A DNA stretch of 64,000 nt, taken from positions 2,592,001 through 2,656,000 of the forward strand of contig OZ253555.1 in the NCBI GenBank assembly GCA_965262725.1, given 5' to 3'. The notes beneath the pieces were generated by a model. The model was not told the DNA's origin. It ran no database searches and saw only the letters and a list, made by a program, of their open reading frames with translations. Every line of letters begins with the position of its first letter. The stretch's first letter is position 1. The DNA comes from Dehalococcoidia bacterium. Lineage in GTDB: Bacteria; Chloroflexota; Dehalococcoidia; UBA2979. The position numbers and the translations under genes are program-made. This document shows positions 28,194-38,302 of the stretch, one piece after another.

Positions 28194-30012
28194 CCCCGCG
28201 GCACTCCTTCGGCGTCGGGATCGCGGCGCAGGCAGCGCGGTCGGGGCGCGGCGCTTCGCCGCGGGCGAGCGCTCCACCGCCGACCTGATCGCGCCCTCAG
28301 CGATCGAGGAGACGCGAGACCACCTCGCCATCGACGGGCAGCTCACGCGGGTGCTGGCGCTCACCGGCTACCCGCGCCACGTAAGCCCGAACTGGCTCGG
28401 GCGGCTCATCGACCAGGGCGAGCCGCTCGACCTGAGCCTGCACCTCGAGCCGCTGGACTCGGGGGAGGCGGTACGCGGCCTGACACACCGTCTGGTCGAG
28501 CTCCAGTCATCGCGCCTGCTCGACGCCAGGGGCGGGCGCATCGCCTCCGCCGAGCGCGAGGTCGCCTACGAGGATGCCGAGCGGCTGCGCGACGCGCTGG
28601 AGCGCGGCGACGAGCGCGTCTTCTCGGGGGGCCTCTACCTCAGGATGCACGGTCGCTCGGGCCCGGAGCTCGACCGGGCCGCGGCGCGCGTCGAGGGGAC
28701 GCTCGGCGGGATGATGGCCACGGCGCGGCCGGCGCTCTACGAGATGATGCCGGGGCTGCTCTCGTGCCTCCCGGCCGGTCAGGACCACCTGGGGCGCCGC
28801 CGCAACCTCGACACCTCGAGCGTGGCGACGATGATCCCCTTCACGTCGAGCGCGCTCGCCACCGGCCGCGGGCTGCTCTACGGCGAGAGCGTCCACAACA
28901 GCTCGCTGGTGGTCTTCGACCCCTTCGGTGCGGACCAGGAGAACGCCAACAAGGTCGTCTTCGCCAAGAGCGGGGCCGGCAAGTCGTACGCCTGCAAGGT
29001 CGAGGCGCTGCGGGCGCTGCTGCTCGGCGTCGAGTACTACGTGATCGACCCCGAGGATGAGTACGGCCGGATCTGCGAGGCGGTCGGTGGGCAGATGGTC
29101 CGCCTCTCCGGAGGCTCGCCCGTCCGCATCAACCCCTTCGACCTGCCGCCGGGCGGGCCGGAGCCGGCCGGAGCGGATCCCGATGCGCGCGACCCGCTCG
29201 CGGAGCGCGTGCTGGCGCTGCAGGGTCTGCTCGCGCTGATGCTGGCAGGGCCCGGCCAATCGCTCGGCCAGCACGAGCGGGGTGTGCTCGACCGGGCGCT
29301 CTACGAGAGCTACCGGCGGGCCGGGATCACCGCCGACCCGGCGACGCACGACCGCCCCGCGCCGGTGCTGCGCGACCTGGTCGAGGTGCTGCAGGACGCC
29401 GGCGATGAGCACCGGCTCGCGGGGCGCCTGGAGCGCTACGTCTCGGGCAGCCTCGGCCGCGTCTTCTCGGAGCGCACCACGGCCGAGCTCGACCGCCCCT
29501 TCGTGGTCTTCAACGTGGAGGGCCTGGAGGAGGAGCTGCGCCCACTCGCCACTTACGTGATCGCCGATCACATCTGGGCGCGGGTGAAGCGCGACCCGAA
29601 GCCGCGCGTGCTCCTGATCGACGAGGCGTGGTCCCTGATGCGCTACCCCGAGGGGGCGCGCTTCCTCGCGCAGCTCGCGCGCCGGGCGCGCAAGCGCTGG
29701 CTCGGCCTCACCACGGTCACGCAGGACGTGGAGGACTTCCTGGCCTCGCCCGAGGGTCACACCGTGCTCGCCAACAGCTCGGTGCAGCTCCTCATGCGGC
29801 AGGACAGCTCCACGGCCGGGCTCGTCGCCGAGACCTTCGGGCTCTCGGCCGCGGAGCGGGAGTTCCTGCTCGCCTGCCGCAGGGGCGAGGGGCTCTTCCT
29901 CGCCCGCGGCAACCACATCGCGCTGCGCGTCGAGGCGAGCCCGCTCGAGCACGCCCTCGCCACCACAGACCCCGCGGAACGCGCGACGGACAGGACGGAG
30001 GTTGAGCCATGA
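28186..30012 (+). CDS. virB4: VirB4-like conjugation ATPase
   Basis: AGGAGG RBS before GTG 28186; AKSGAGKS, VIDPEDEY, INPFD, LIDEAW, RRARKR, TQD. Confidence 0.9.
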   Translation: MPSPAALLRRRDRGAGSAVGARRFAAGERSTADLIAPSAIEETRDHLAIDGQLTRVLALTGYPRHVSPNWLGRLIDQGEPLDLSLHLEPLDSGEAVRGLTHRLVELQSSRLLDARGGRIASAEREVAYEDAERLRDALERGDERVFSGGLYLRMHGRSGPELDRAAARVEGTLGGMMATARPALYEMMPGLLSCLPAGQDHLGRRRNLDTSSVATMIPFTSSALATGRGLLYGESVHNSSLVVFDPFGADQENANKVVFAKSGAGKSYACKVEALRALLLGVEYYVIDPEDEYGRICEAVGGQMVRLSGGSPVRINPFDLPPGGPEPAGADPDARDPLAERVLALQGLLALMLAGPGQSLGQHERGVLDRALYESYRRAGITADPATHDRPAPVLRDLVEVLQDAGDEHRLAGRLERYVSGSLGRVFSERTTAELDRPFVVFNVEGLEEELRPLATYVIADHIWARVKRDPKPRVLLIDEAWSLMRYPEGARFLAQLARRARKRWLGLTTVTQDVEDFLASPEGHTVLANSSVQLLMRQDSSTAGLVAETFGLSAAEREFLLACRRGEGLFLARGNHIALRVEASPLEHALATTDPAERATDRTEVEP

Positions 30013-31097
30013 GTCACATCGACATCGAGCAGCTGAAGCGCCGCAACCCGATCACCGAGGTCGTACGGCGCCACGGGATCGAGCTGCGCGGGCAGGGGAA
30101 GCGGATGACGGGGCGCTGCCCGTTCCACGAGGACCGCACCCCGAGCTTCTGCGTCTATCCCGAGACGGAGTCCTTTCACTGCTTCGGCTGCGGCACCGCA
30201 GGCGACGTGATCGACTTCATCCGCCGCACCGAGGGCCTGGGCTTCCGCGAGGCCGTTCTGCGGCTCGGAGGCGGAGCCGTTGGCGGCGGTTCCGATGGCA
30301 GTTCGATCGGGACCGCCGCCGCCGCACCCCCGCCCCCGCCGCGGGCCCGCCCGTCGCAAGAGACCGACCAGGCCCCGGTGCTGTCGCTCGACGACCGGCT
30401 GATCCTCACGGCGGCCTGCGAGCTCTACCACGAGACGCTGCTCGACACGCCCGGGGCGCTCCGCTACCTCGATGAGCGCGGGGTTCAGCCCTGGCTTGCG
30501 AAGCGCTGCCGGCTCGGCACGAGCGACGGCCTGAGGCTCGTGCCCTACCTGAAGCGGCGCCGGCTCAGCCTGAAGCGCGCCGGGGAGCTCGGCCTGCTGT
30601 TCGCCTCCGGCGACGAGGCGATGGCCGGCCGCCTCGTGATCCCGGAGCTGCGAGGCGCACACTGCGGCTGGATGGTCGGCCGCACGCCGGAGGGCGGCGG
30701 CGGTCCGAAGTACCGCGGGCTCTCGCTCCCGAAGCCGTTGCTCGGCTACGAGCGCGGCAGGCGGCGCCTCTTCCTCACCGAGGGGCCGTTCGACTGGCTG
30801 ACGCTCACGGGCTGGGGGCTGCCGGCCTGCGCGCTGCTCGGGACGCAACCCGGCCGGGGCGTGCTGCGGTTGCTCGAACGCGCTCGCTCGGTCGTGCTCG
30901 TGATGGACAACGACGAGGCAGGCAGAGGCGCCGCGCAGCGGCTCTCCGCCGAGCTCGGAGGGCGCGCGCGGGTGCTCGAGCTGCCCGCGGGCGTCAAGGA
31001 CGTGAGCGAGCTCGGCGCGCGTCCCGGCGGCCGCGACACCTTCTTCCGGCTGCTGGGCGCGGAGAGGAGGCACGCGGATGTCGCGAGCGCGCATTGA
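30009..31097 (+). CDS. CHC2 zinc-finger/Toprim DNA primase-like protein
   Basis: CPFHEDRTPS, HCFGC, TEGPFD, MDND. Confidence 0.9.
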   Translation: MSHIDIEQLKRRNPITEVVRRHGIELRGQGKRMTGRCPFHEDRTPSFCVYPETESFHCFGCGTAGDVIDFIRRTEGLGFREAVLRLGGGAVGGGSDGSSIGTAAAAPPPPPRARPSQETDQAPVLSLDDRLILTAACELYHETLLDTPGALRYLDERGVQPWLAKRCRLGTSDGLRLVPYLKRRRLSLKRAGELGLLFASGDEAMAGRLVIPELRGAHCGWMVGRTPEGGGGPKYRGLSLPKPLLGYERGRRRLFLTEGPFDWLTLTGWGLPACALLGTQPGRGVLRLLERARSVVLVMDNDEAGRGAAQRLSAELGGRARVLELPAGVKDVSELGARPGGRDTFFRLLGAERRHADVASAH

Positions 31098-33618
31098 GAC
31101 CACCCATCTCGCCGAGGTCGTCGCGCCCCGGGATCTGGAGGCGAGCATCGCCTCGGCGCGCGGGATGTTCGGCGCGCTGGCCGGCGAGTCGATCTCGCTC
31201 GAGATCGCGACGGGCGCGGCCGGCCCGCGCTGGTACGTGCGCTCCGGCACCGAGGCGGGCCTCGATCGCGCGCTCGCGCAGCTGCGCGCGGCCTACCCGC
31301 AGGTGCGGGCCGAGCGCATCGCGCCGGACCGCGCCGACCTCGACCCGGTCCGCGTGCTGGGGGCGGAGCAGGCCGCCGTCGTCGAGCTGCGGCCGTCCAC
31401 CGGGGACATCCTCTCGCTCCGCAGCGACTGGCGGAACGAGCCCTCACCGCTCGTGGGCGTGCTGGCCCGGGCGGCACCGCGGGGCGACGAGCGGGTCGTC
31501 TGCCGGCTGACGCTCGGACCCGCGCCGGCCGGGGCGGCCGGCCGCCTCCACCGCCGCGCGGCGCCCGACGGCGCGCCGCGGCGCGAACCTGCCGGACACG
31601 CGGGGCCGAGCCCGGTCCCGCTCGTCGGGGCGCTCGCGATCGCCGCGGCCGGCCTGCAGGGACGGGAGTGGTACCTCGATGGGGAGTGGCCGCTGCTGGT
31701 CGCGGGCGGTGCCTGCGTCTTCGTCGGCCTGCCGCTCGCCGGGGCGCTCGCCGTCCGCATGCTGCGCTCCCCCGACCCGCTGCCGCCGAGGGTGGTGGAC
31801 CAGAAGCTCGGCTCGCCGCTGGTGAGCGCGAGCCTCGAGGTCCACGCGATCGGCTGGCATGACTCGGGCCCCGAGCGCCTGCGCCTGCTCGCGCGTGAGA
31901 CTGCGGCGGCCTACGGCGTGTACGACTCAGCGGGCGGGGGCTTGCGACCCGCGGCCCCGCGCGCGCCTCGCCGCAGGCCGGACCGGAAGCTGCCGCTGCT
32001 CCTGAACACCGCCGAGCTCGCCGGCCTCTGGCACCTGCCCGACCAGGCGGGCGCCCCGGCCGGGATCCGCCGTACCACCGCGCAGCGGCTCCCGCCGGTG
32101 CCCGGCCACGCGGCGCGCGGCGCGCGCGTCGGCGCCTCAGATGCGGACGGCGGCGTCGCTCCCGTCCACCTGCCCGCGCCGCTCCTGCACCGCAACCAGC
32201 TCATCGTCGCGAAGACGCGACGCGGCAAGTCGACGCTGCTCAGGCACCTCGCCGCCCGGGTGATGGAGGGGGCAGCCGGGGGCTCGGACGGGACGGCGCT
32301 GGTGGTGGTCGACCCGCACCAGGACCTCGCCGAGGCGGTGCTGGACGCCGTGCCGTCGGACCTCGAGGACCGCACGACCTACCTCGACTTTGCGAACCTG
32401 GAGCGGCCGGTCGGCCTCAACCTGCTCGACGTCTCGCTCTTCCCGGACCGCGACCGGACGACCGAGCACATCGTCACGATGATGAACCGCCTCTGGCCGG
32501 ACAACTGGGGGCCGCGCATGGAGGGCGCGCTGCGGGCCTCGCTGCTGGCGCTGCTCGACGCGAACCGCCACTACGAGCGCGAGGCGCAGTTCACGCTGCT
32601 CGACGTCGCGCCGATGCTCACCGACCGGGAGCTGCGCGAGCGCGTGCTCGACCAGGTGCAGGACCCGGCGGTGCGCGCCTGGTGGCGCGACAACTACGAC
32701 CGCGCGGGGCGCGTGCTGCAGCAGCAGACCGCGAACCCCGTCACCTCGAAGATCGGCCGTTTCACGGTCACCGAGGCATCGCGCCTGGTCTTCGGGCAGG
32801 CGCGCTCCACCTTCGATCCGCGCGCGATCGTGCGTGACGGCGGCGTGCTCGTCGTCAACACCGCCGTCGGCGCGCTCGGCGAGGGCGCCGCCTCGCTCGT
32901 CGGCGCGACGCTGCTCAACCTGCTCGGCCTCCTGATCGAGGAGCAGGTGGCGCTGCCGCCTCAGCACCGGCGGAAGGTGATCGGGCTCATCGACGAGTCG
33001 AGCACGCTCGGCGCCGTCGACTACACGCGCATGCTCTCCGAGCTCGGCAAGTACGGCGCGAGCTTCGTGCTGGTCACGCAGTCGCTCGCGAAGCTCGACG
33101 CCATCGACCGCAACCTCGCCCCGACGATCTTCGCCAACTCCGACGGCCTCACCGTCTTCGGGGTGAGCGCCGAGGATGCCCGCCGGCTCACGCCGGAGCT
33201 GGGAGGCGCGATCGAGGTCCCCGACCTGGTCTCGCTCGACGACTTCACCTGCTACGCGCGCTGGTGGGACGGCCGCACCCGCCCGCCGGCCTTCTCGTTC
33301 CGGGTGGACCCGCCGCCGCCGACCGTCCCGGGACGGGCCCGGGCGATCGCGGCGAGCTCCGCCGAGCGCGTCGGCCGGCCGCGCGAGCAGGTGGTCGAGG
33401 AGATCACGCGGGCGCTCTGGGAGCGCTCGCCGTCACAGGCAGCGGGCCGCCGAGAACGGAAGTCTCAGGAGGAGGTGGCCGGGGCAGGGCCGGGGAGTGC
33501 CGCCGGGACGAGCGGCGCTGACGCGAAGTCAGCGAGCGGAGCGGAGCGGCCCGAGAGTCGGAGGGCCGCGAGGCCGCCGAGCCGCGGCAACGGTCACCGA
33601 GGCCACCATGCGCGATGA
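31078..33618 (+). CDS. VirD4/TraD-like type IV coupling ATPase
   Basis: Two TMs; AKTRRGKST, VDPHQDL, GLNLL, IDE, SELGKYG, TQS. Confidence 0.85.
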   Translation: MSRARIETTHLAEVVAPRDLEASIASARGMFGALAGESISLEIATGAAGPRWYVRSGTEAGLDRALAQLRAAYPQVRAERIAPDRADLDPVRVLGAEQAAVVELRPSTGDILSLRSDWRNEPSPLVGVLARAAPRGDERVVCRLTLGPAPAGAAGRLHRRAAPDGAPRREPAGHAGPSPVPLVGALAIAAAGLQGREWYLDGEWPLLVAGGACVFVGLPLAGALAVRMLRSPDPLPPRVVDQKLGSPLVSASLEVHAIGWHDSGPERLRLLARETAAAYGVYDSAGGGLRPAAPRAPRRRPDRKLPLLLNTAELAGLWHLPDQAGAPAGIRRTTAQRLPPVPGHAARGARVGASDADGGVAPVHLPAPLLHRNQLIVAKTRRGKSTLLRHLAARVMEGAAGGSDGTALVVVDPHQDLAEAVLDAVPSDLEDRTTYLDFANLERPVGLNLLDVSLFPDRDRTTEHIVTMMNRLWPDNWGPRMEGALRASLLALLDANRHYEREAQFTLLDVAPMLTDRELRERVLDQVQDPAVRAWWRDNYDRAGRVLQQQTANPVTSKIGRFTVTEASRLVFGQARSTFDPRAIVRDGGVLVVNTAVGALGEGAASLVGATLLNLLGLLIEEQVALPPQHRRKVIGLIDESSTLGAVDYTRMLSELGKYGASFVLVTQSLAKLDAIDRNLAPTIFANSDGLTVFGVSAEDARRLTPELGGAIEVPDLVSLDDFTCYARWWDGRTRPPAFSFRVDPPPPTVPGRARAIAASSAERVGRPREQVVEEITRALWERSPSQAAGRRERKSQEEVAGAGPGSAAGTSGADAKSASGAERPESRRAARPPSRGNGHRGHHAR

Positions 33619-35545
33619 AGCGGCGCGTCTCGCGCGGTCCCTGGAGTGGATCGCACGGCTCCCGCTCTGCGGCGAGCCGGAACTGGCCGGGCTGCTCGGC
33701 GTGGACGAGCATGACGCCCGCCGGCTCATCCACCTGCTTGCCGCGCAGGGGTGGGTCGAGACCGTCGCGGCCGCCTCGCCGGAGCTGGAACCGCGGCGAC
33801 TCGCCGTCCTGCGGGACGAGGCGGTGCCGGCCCTGGCGGCCGCCTGCGGACGGGATCTCGCCTCGCTCGCGGGCGCCGTCCCGGTCCGCCCGCGCGATCT
33901 CTCAAGCCGGGTGGCCCGCCTTGAGATCACCGCCTGCCTGAATCGCTTCGCCGCCGACCTCGCCGACGATCTCGAGAGCTCGGGTATCGCTCAACTCGCC
34001 GACGCGCGGTCGCTCCCGCTCGCCCTGCCCCGGGCCGGGCGCTGGTGGCTCCCGGACGTAGATGCATACGGCTGCCTTCGCTCGGGTCCGATCCACGCGC
34101 CGTTCCTGGTGGCATGGGACCGCGCGGCGGCGCCGGACGTCCATCGCCGCAGGAGGCTGGCCGGGTGGTTCGCGGCGAGCGCCCGTGTCGACCGGCTCTG
34201 GGGTACCGAAGGACTCCCCCCCGTGCTCGTGATCTGCCCCTCCGCCCGGGAGTGGCGGGTGTGGAAGGAAGCGCTGGCGAAGCGGGACGGCGTAGGGCCC
34301 GGGTCTCCGGACCTGCTCTTCACCACCCGCGAGGAGCTGCGCGCAGCCGGCGCGGGTGACGCGCGGTGGTGGCGGCCCGACCGCGCGCCGGCGCCGCTCG
34401 TCGAGCAGGTCGGATGGGGGGAGGCGCCGACCCTGGACGCGCTCCGGACCGAACGGGCGCTTGACGACTGCACGCCTCCGCCCCGCCGCGCCGGCACATC
34501 GCATGGCAGGCGCGCGTTCGATCAGGCGACGAGCGGGCAGGTGGGACCGGACCGGCAACGTCTTGCCGGCCTCGCGCTCGCGACAAGCCCCGCCGAGAAG
34601 ACCCTCACCGAGTGGGTGGCGCGGCACCCGCTCATGGGCGCCGCCGAGCTCGCGGCGCTTACCCGCGAACCTGCGGGACTGATCACGCGCCGCCTGGAGC
34701 GACTCACTCGGTGCGGCGCGATCGATGCCGACGCTGAACCGCGGGAGAGAGCCGGAGCCCGCCAGGTGAACGACGTCGACGAGCCCCGCTACCTGCTGAC
34801 GGAACTGGGGATGCGATCGATCGCCGCTCGGGCCGGCGTGCCTCCGGCCATCTTCGCGCGGCACGGGGGAGTGACGTTCGTCTCCGCGCAGCCGTCACCC
34901 AGTCGGCAAGTCGTCCGGCACCGCGAGCACACGCTCGGCGTGAACCGCTTCGCCGCTCGCCTGGCCCTCGATGCCCGGGCCGCGGGCTGGCGCCTCGCGG
35001 AATGGCGAAACGAGGCGGAGTCGACGCATCGCTTCGTGGCGGAGGACGGGCGGATCGCCTGGATCCGTCCAGACGCTTCGGGCGTGCTCGCGCGTGGCGG
35101 GGACGCGCGACCGTTCCTCCTCGAGTACGACCGCGGAACGCTCGACTCGGGCGACTACCGCGCGAAGTTCGAGGGGTACCGGCGGTACTACGCCGCCGCG
35201 GAGTGGGAAGACCACTTCCCCCGCGAGCCCGCGTTGCTCTTCGTCTGCAGCGACCACCGCGCGGAAGCCCGCGTCAGGCGAGTTGTGAACGAGTGGACGG
35301 GCCAGGCATACGTGCTCGTGACGACGGAAATGGCGAACCGGGTGACGGGCACGACACATGTGTGCTTGGTCGGCGCGGAAGGCGGACGCACCAGGGCGGC
35401 GCAGGCGATCGCCGGGGCTGGTCATCAGCCGGACGCGGCGAACAGGGACGGACGGCCGGGGGACCGATCTGCAAGACGAACGAGACATCCTGAGGTTCCC
35501 AACGTGGCGGTTCACGGGCGGTCTCGCGATGGGGCCGGCGCGTGA
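33608..35545 (+). CDS. Replication-relaxation (Replic_Relax-like) protein with two tandem wHTH-nuclease units
   Basis: Unit 2: HTLGVNRF, WIRPDA, FLLEYDRGT, KFEGY. Unit 1: ITACLNRF, PDVDAYG, FLVAWDR. Confidence 0.8.
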   Translation: MRDEAARLARSLEWIARLPLCGEPELAGLLGVDEHDARRLIHLLAAQGWVETVAAASPELEPRRLAVLRDEAVPALAAACGRDLASLAGAVPVRPRDLSSRVARLEITACLNRFAADLADDLESSGIAQLADARSLPLALPRAGRWWLPDVDAYGCLRSGPIHAPFLVAWDRAAAPDVHRRRRLAGWFAASARVDRLWGTEGLPPVLVICPSAREWRVWKEALAKRDGVGPGSPDLLFTTREELRAAGAGDARWWRPDRAPAPLVEQVGWGEAPTLDALRTERALDDCTPPPRRAGTSHGRRAFDQATSGQVGPDRQRLAGLALATSPAEKTLTEWVARHPLMGAAELAALTREPAGLITRRLERLTRCGAIDADAEPRERAGARQVNDVDEPRYLLTELGMRSIAARAGVPPAIFARHGGVTFVSAQPSPSRQVVRHREHTLGVNRFAARLALDARAAGWRLAEWRNEAESTHRFVAEDGRIAWIRPDASGVLARGGDARPFLLEYDRGTLDSGDYRAKFEGYRRYYAAAEWEDHFPREPALLFVCSDHRAEARVRRVVNEWTGQAYVLVTTEMANRVTGTTHVCLVGAEGGRTRAAQAIAGAGHQPDAANRDGRPGDRSARRTRHPEVPNVAVHGRSRDGAGA

Positions 35546-35618
35546 ACCAATCCAGAGAAGGCCGGATGGCCCAGTTCGGCTTCGCGCACCGCGCGGGGTC
35601 GCTCGCCGGAGGTGACGG

Positions 35619-35828
35619 ATGAACGATGGCCCAATGCTGCTGACCGTCCCCGAGACCGCGAGGCTGCTCCGAATCTCGCGCAATCTCGCCTACGAGCTGG
35701 TGGCGCGCGGAGAACTGCCGGCCGTCAGGCTCGGCAGGGTGATCCGGATACCGAGGAGCGAACTCGACGACTGGCTGGAGAGGTCGGTTGCGAAGCCTGA
35801 GCGACCCGTAACAGCACTAAAGTTCTGA
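35619..35828 (+). CDS. xis: Excisionase (HTH_17)
   Basis: LLTVPETARLLRISRNLAYELVARGELPAVRLGRVIRIP. Confidence 0.92.
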   Translation: MNDGPMLLTVPETARLLRISRNLAYELVARGELPAVRLGRVIRIPRSELDDWLERSVAKPERPVTALKF

Positions 35829-35919
35829 TACGATGCCCCTGGAGTGGCGGGAGCGGTCGGGGCAGAGAGGACGCGACAGAGAGCGCGCGCGCCCGAACGC
35901 GAGACCGCGGAGGCGACTG

Positions 35920-37071
35920 ATGGCGAGACGCGACTACGGCTCGGGCTCAATTGAGCAGCGCTCCAGGCGCAGCTGGCGGGTCACCGTCGCGCTGCCGCGC
36001 GATGCTGGCACCGGCAGGCGACGGCGCCGCCGGTTCTCGGTCGAGGGCACCAAGCGCGACGCGCAGCGCGCTCTCCGAGAGGCGCTGGGCGAGCGCGATC
36101 ACGGCGGCGTGGACCCGAGCCAGATCACGGTCGGCGAGTGGCTGGCGCTGTGGCTCGACCGGCGCACGGTCGATCAGGCGATCGGCCCGCGCGTTGCCGA
36201 GAACTACCGCACGATCGTCAGGCTCCACCTGGCTCCCGCAATCGGGAGCCTGCGCCTCCAGGAACTCCGTCCCGACCACATTCTCGACCTGAAGGACGGC
36301 CTGTCGAAGTCACGAGCGCCCGCGACGGTCAGGAAGATCCTGGGTCTGCTCCGCCAGGCTCTCGAGGCCGCCGTCGCCGGGCAGCTGCTCGTCCGCAACC
36401 CGGCCTCCGCTGTACCGGGCCCGTCGCTGGCGGGGAGAATGCGCGAACGCCGCGCGCTGGATGAGAGCGAGATCGCGAAGCTGCTCGGGGCCGTCCAGGA
36501 CACAGACGACGACGTCCCGATCCGCTTCGCGCTCGCCACCGGCGCGCGGCAGGCGGAGTTGCTCGGTGCGACATGGGCATCGATCGACCTGGAACGCGCG
36601 AGCTTTCTCGTGCGGCAGACACTGCAGAACGTCGCCGGTGAGTTCCGCTTGCTGCCCCCGAAGACGCGCAACTCTCGCCGTACCATCGAACTCTCGGGCG
36701 CAACCGTGGCCCTGCTGCGTCAACATCGCGCCGAACAAAACGCCGTGCGGCTTCGGCTGGGTGCCGCCTGGGAGAACCATGATCTCGTGTTCCCCGACCC
36801 GTCTGGCCGGTACCAGCACCGACAGGCCTTCTATACCGGCTTTCGCCGCCTGCTCCGTTCGAGCGGGATCGATGACCCCGATACGGTGAACTTCCACTCG
36901 CTGCGCCACACGGCGGCGAGCCAGTGGATCAAGGCTGGCGTCGACCTGCTGACGGTCTCGCGACGGCTTGGCCACGGCTCTGCGGCGTTCACCATGGATG
37001 TCTACGGGCATCTCCTGAGTGGGCAGCAGAGCGCCGCGGCGACTGCGCTCGACCATCTGATCGCGAAGTAA
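35920..37071 (+). CDS. int: Tyrosine recombinase/integrase
   Basis: TGARQAELLG, PKT, FHSLRH, LGH, DVYGH. Confidence 0.95.
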   Translation: MARRDYGSGSIEQRSRRSWRVTVALPRDAGTGRRRRRRFSVEGTKRDAQRALREALGERDHGGVDPSQITVGEWLALWLDRRTVDQAIGPRVAENYRTIVRLHLAPAIGSLRLQELRPDHILDLKDGLSKSRAPATVRKILGLLRQALEAAVAGQLLVRNPASAVPGPSLAGRMRERRALDESEIAKLLGAVQDTDDDVPIRFALATGARQAELLGATWASIDLERASFLVRQTLQNVAGEFRLLPPKTRNSRRTIELSGATVALLRQHRAEQNAVRLRLGAAWENHDLVFPDPSGRYQHRQAFYTGFRRLLRSSGIDDPDTVNFHSLRHTAASQWIKAGVDLLTVSRRLGHGSAAFTMDVYGHLLSGQQSAAATALDHLIAK

Positions 37072-37353
37072 CGGGACCACCAGCGCTGTGTCGGCGTCGA
37101 TGAGCAGCGCATGCACACGGTGCCGATGGAGCAGCTCTTCAGCGACGCCGATAGTGACATGGGAGCCATCGGTGATCACGTGGACGCGTACTACAGAACT
37201 CACGCCATGGAGATCGTGCGGGATGTCGCACCGGCCCGCGCTGAGCTTGGATGCCATGGACATCCCCGAAGTTCCAGACTTCGACTTCACCGAGGCGCCC
37301 GTGCCATGACGTCCCCCGCCAGGCTCAACGAGCGCGAGGCGTAGGATAGCCAC

Positions 37354-37653
37354 ATGGGCCGCATGACTCGCGACGAGGTCATCGACACGCTGCGGGAGCA
37401 CCGCGAGATGCTCGCCGAGCGCTTCGGCGTGCGGAGCCTCGCGTTGTTCGGCTCGTACGCGCGAGGTACGGCCATCGACACGAGCGACGTCGATATCCTC
37501 GCCGAGTTCGACTCGGCCCCGGACTGGCGGCAGTACTTCGGCGCGCAAGCCTACCTCGAAGAGATCCTGGGGCGGCCGGTTGACCTCGCGATGATCGGTG
37601 AGGTCCGGGAGGAGCTTCGCGGCTACGTGGAGAAGGACGCCATCAGTGTCTGA
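37354..37653 (+). CDS. MNT nucleotidyltransferase antitoxin
   Basis: LFGSYARG...SDVDIL...VDL. Confidence 0.92.
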   Translation: MGRMTRDEVIDTLREHREMLAERFGVRSLALFGSYARGTAIDTSDVDILAEFDSAPDWRQYFGAQAYLEEILGRPVDLAMIGEVREELRGYVEKDAISV

Positions 37654-38026
37654 TCTGCCGGGCGAGAGCCGGGAGTGGCGCTTCTACATCGGAGACATGC
37701 TGGAGTTCGCCGAGAAGGCGCTCGCCTACACGGAAGGCCTCGATCAAGCCGCCTTCGTTGCCGACGAGCGGACGTACGACGCCACGCTGCGCAACATCGA
37801 ACTGATCGGCGAGGCCGCAACGCACGTCCCGGCAGAGGTCCAGGAGGCGCACCCCGGCGTCCCCTGGCACGCGATCGTCGGCGCTCGCAACCGCTTGGCT
37901 CACGGCTATCTGCACATCAGCGACAGCGTGATCTGGTCTATCGTCGAAGACGCGATCCCGGCCCTGTTGCCCGAGCTGAGGAACATGCTCGGCACCGCGG
38001 CGGACCCGACCGGTCCGAGCGAGTGA
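37646..38026 (+). CDS. HEPN (DUF86/HepT) RNase toxin
   Basis: IGEAA, PW, RNRLAHGY (RX4H); overlaps the MNT stop. Confidence 0.92.
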   Translation: MSDLPGESREWRFYIGDMLEFAEKALAYTEGLDQAAFVADERTYDATLRNIELIGEAATHVPAEVQEAHPGVPWHAIVGARNRLAHGYLHISDSVIWSIVEDAIPALLPELRNMLGTAADPTGPSE

Positions 38027-38031
38027 TCCCC

Positions 38032-38200
38032 TGACGTCCCCCGCCAAGCTCAACGAACTCAACTTCCCCGAGAACCCCGCTCGCGAACTCCGCGAGCGGC
38101 TCGGGTGCGCGTACGTGCCGCGCGAGGAACTCGCGGCGGAGCGCGAGGGCGAGCGCGAAGTGCTGCTCACGGCGCGCCTGACCGGCGCCCTGCGACGGGC
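38032..38200 (+). pseudogene. hsdR: Type I HsdR N-terminal fragment
   Basis: TSPAKLNELNFPENPAREL / ERLGCAYVPREELAAEREGEREVLLTARL..ALRR, frameshifted. Confidence 0.55.
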
Positions 38201-38202
38201 GA

Positions 38203-38243
38203 ATGTCCCCAAGATGTCCCCAAATGTCCCCAAGATGTCCCCA
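38203..38243. repeat. Four ATGTCCCCA direct repeats, likely integrase arm sites
   Basis: At 38203, 38214, 38224 and 38235; about 60 bp from the tRNA-Glu 3' end. Confidence 0.75.
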
Positions 38244-38302
38244 GCAGGGGGCGGATCCGACCCCTCCGATCGCAAAAAACGCCAGATTTGAACCTGCAGT
38301 GC

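Larger units (their letters stand above)
24035..37071 (+). mobile_element. Integrative conjugative element (right att not found)
   Basis: tRNA-Arg(TCG) fragment at 24035-24069, then co-oriented T4SS genes, primase, coupling protein, relaxase-like gene, xis and int. Confidence 0.85.
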
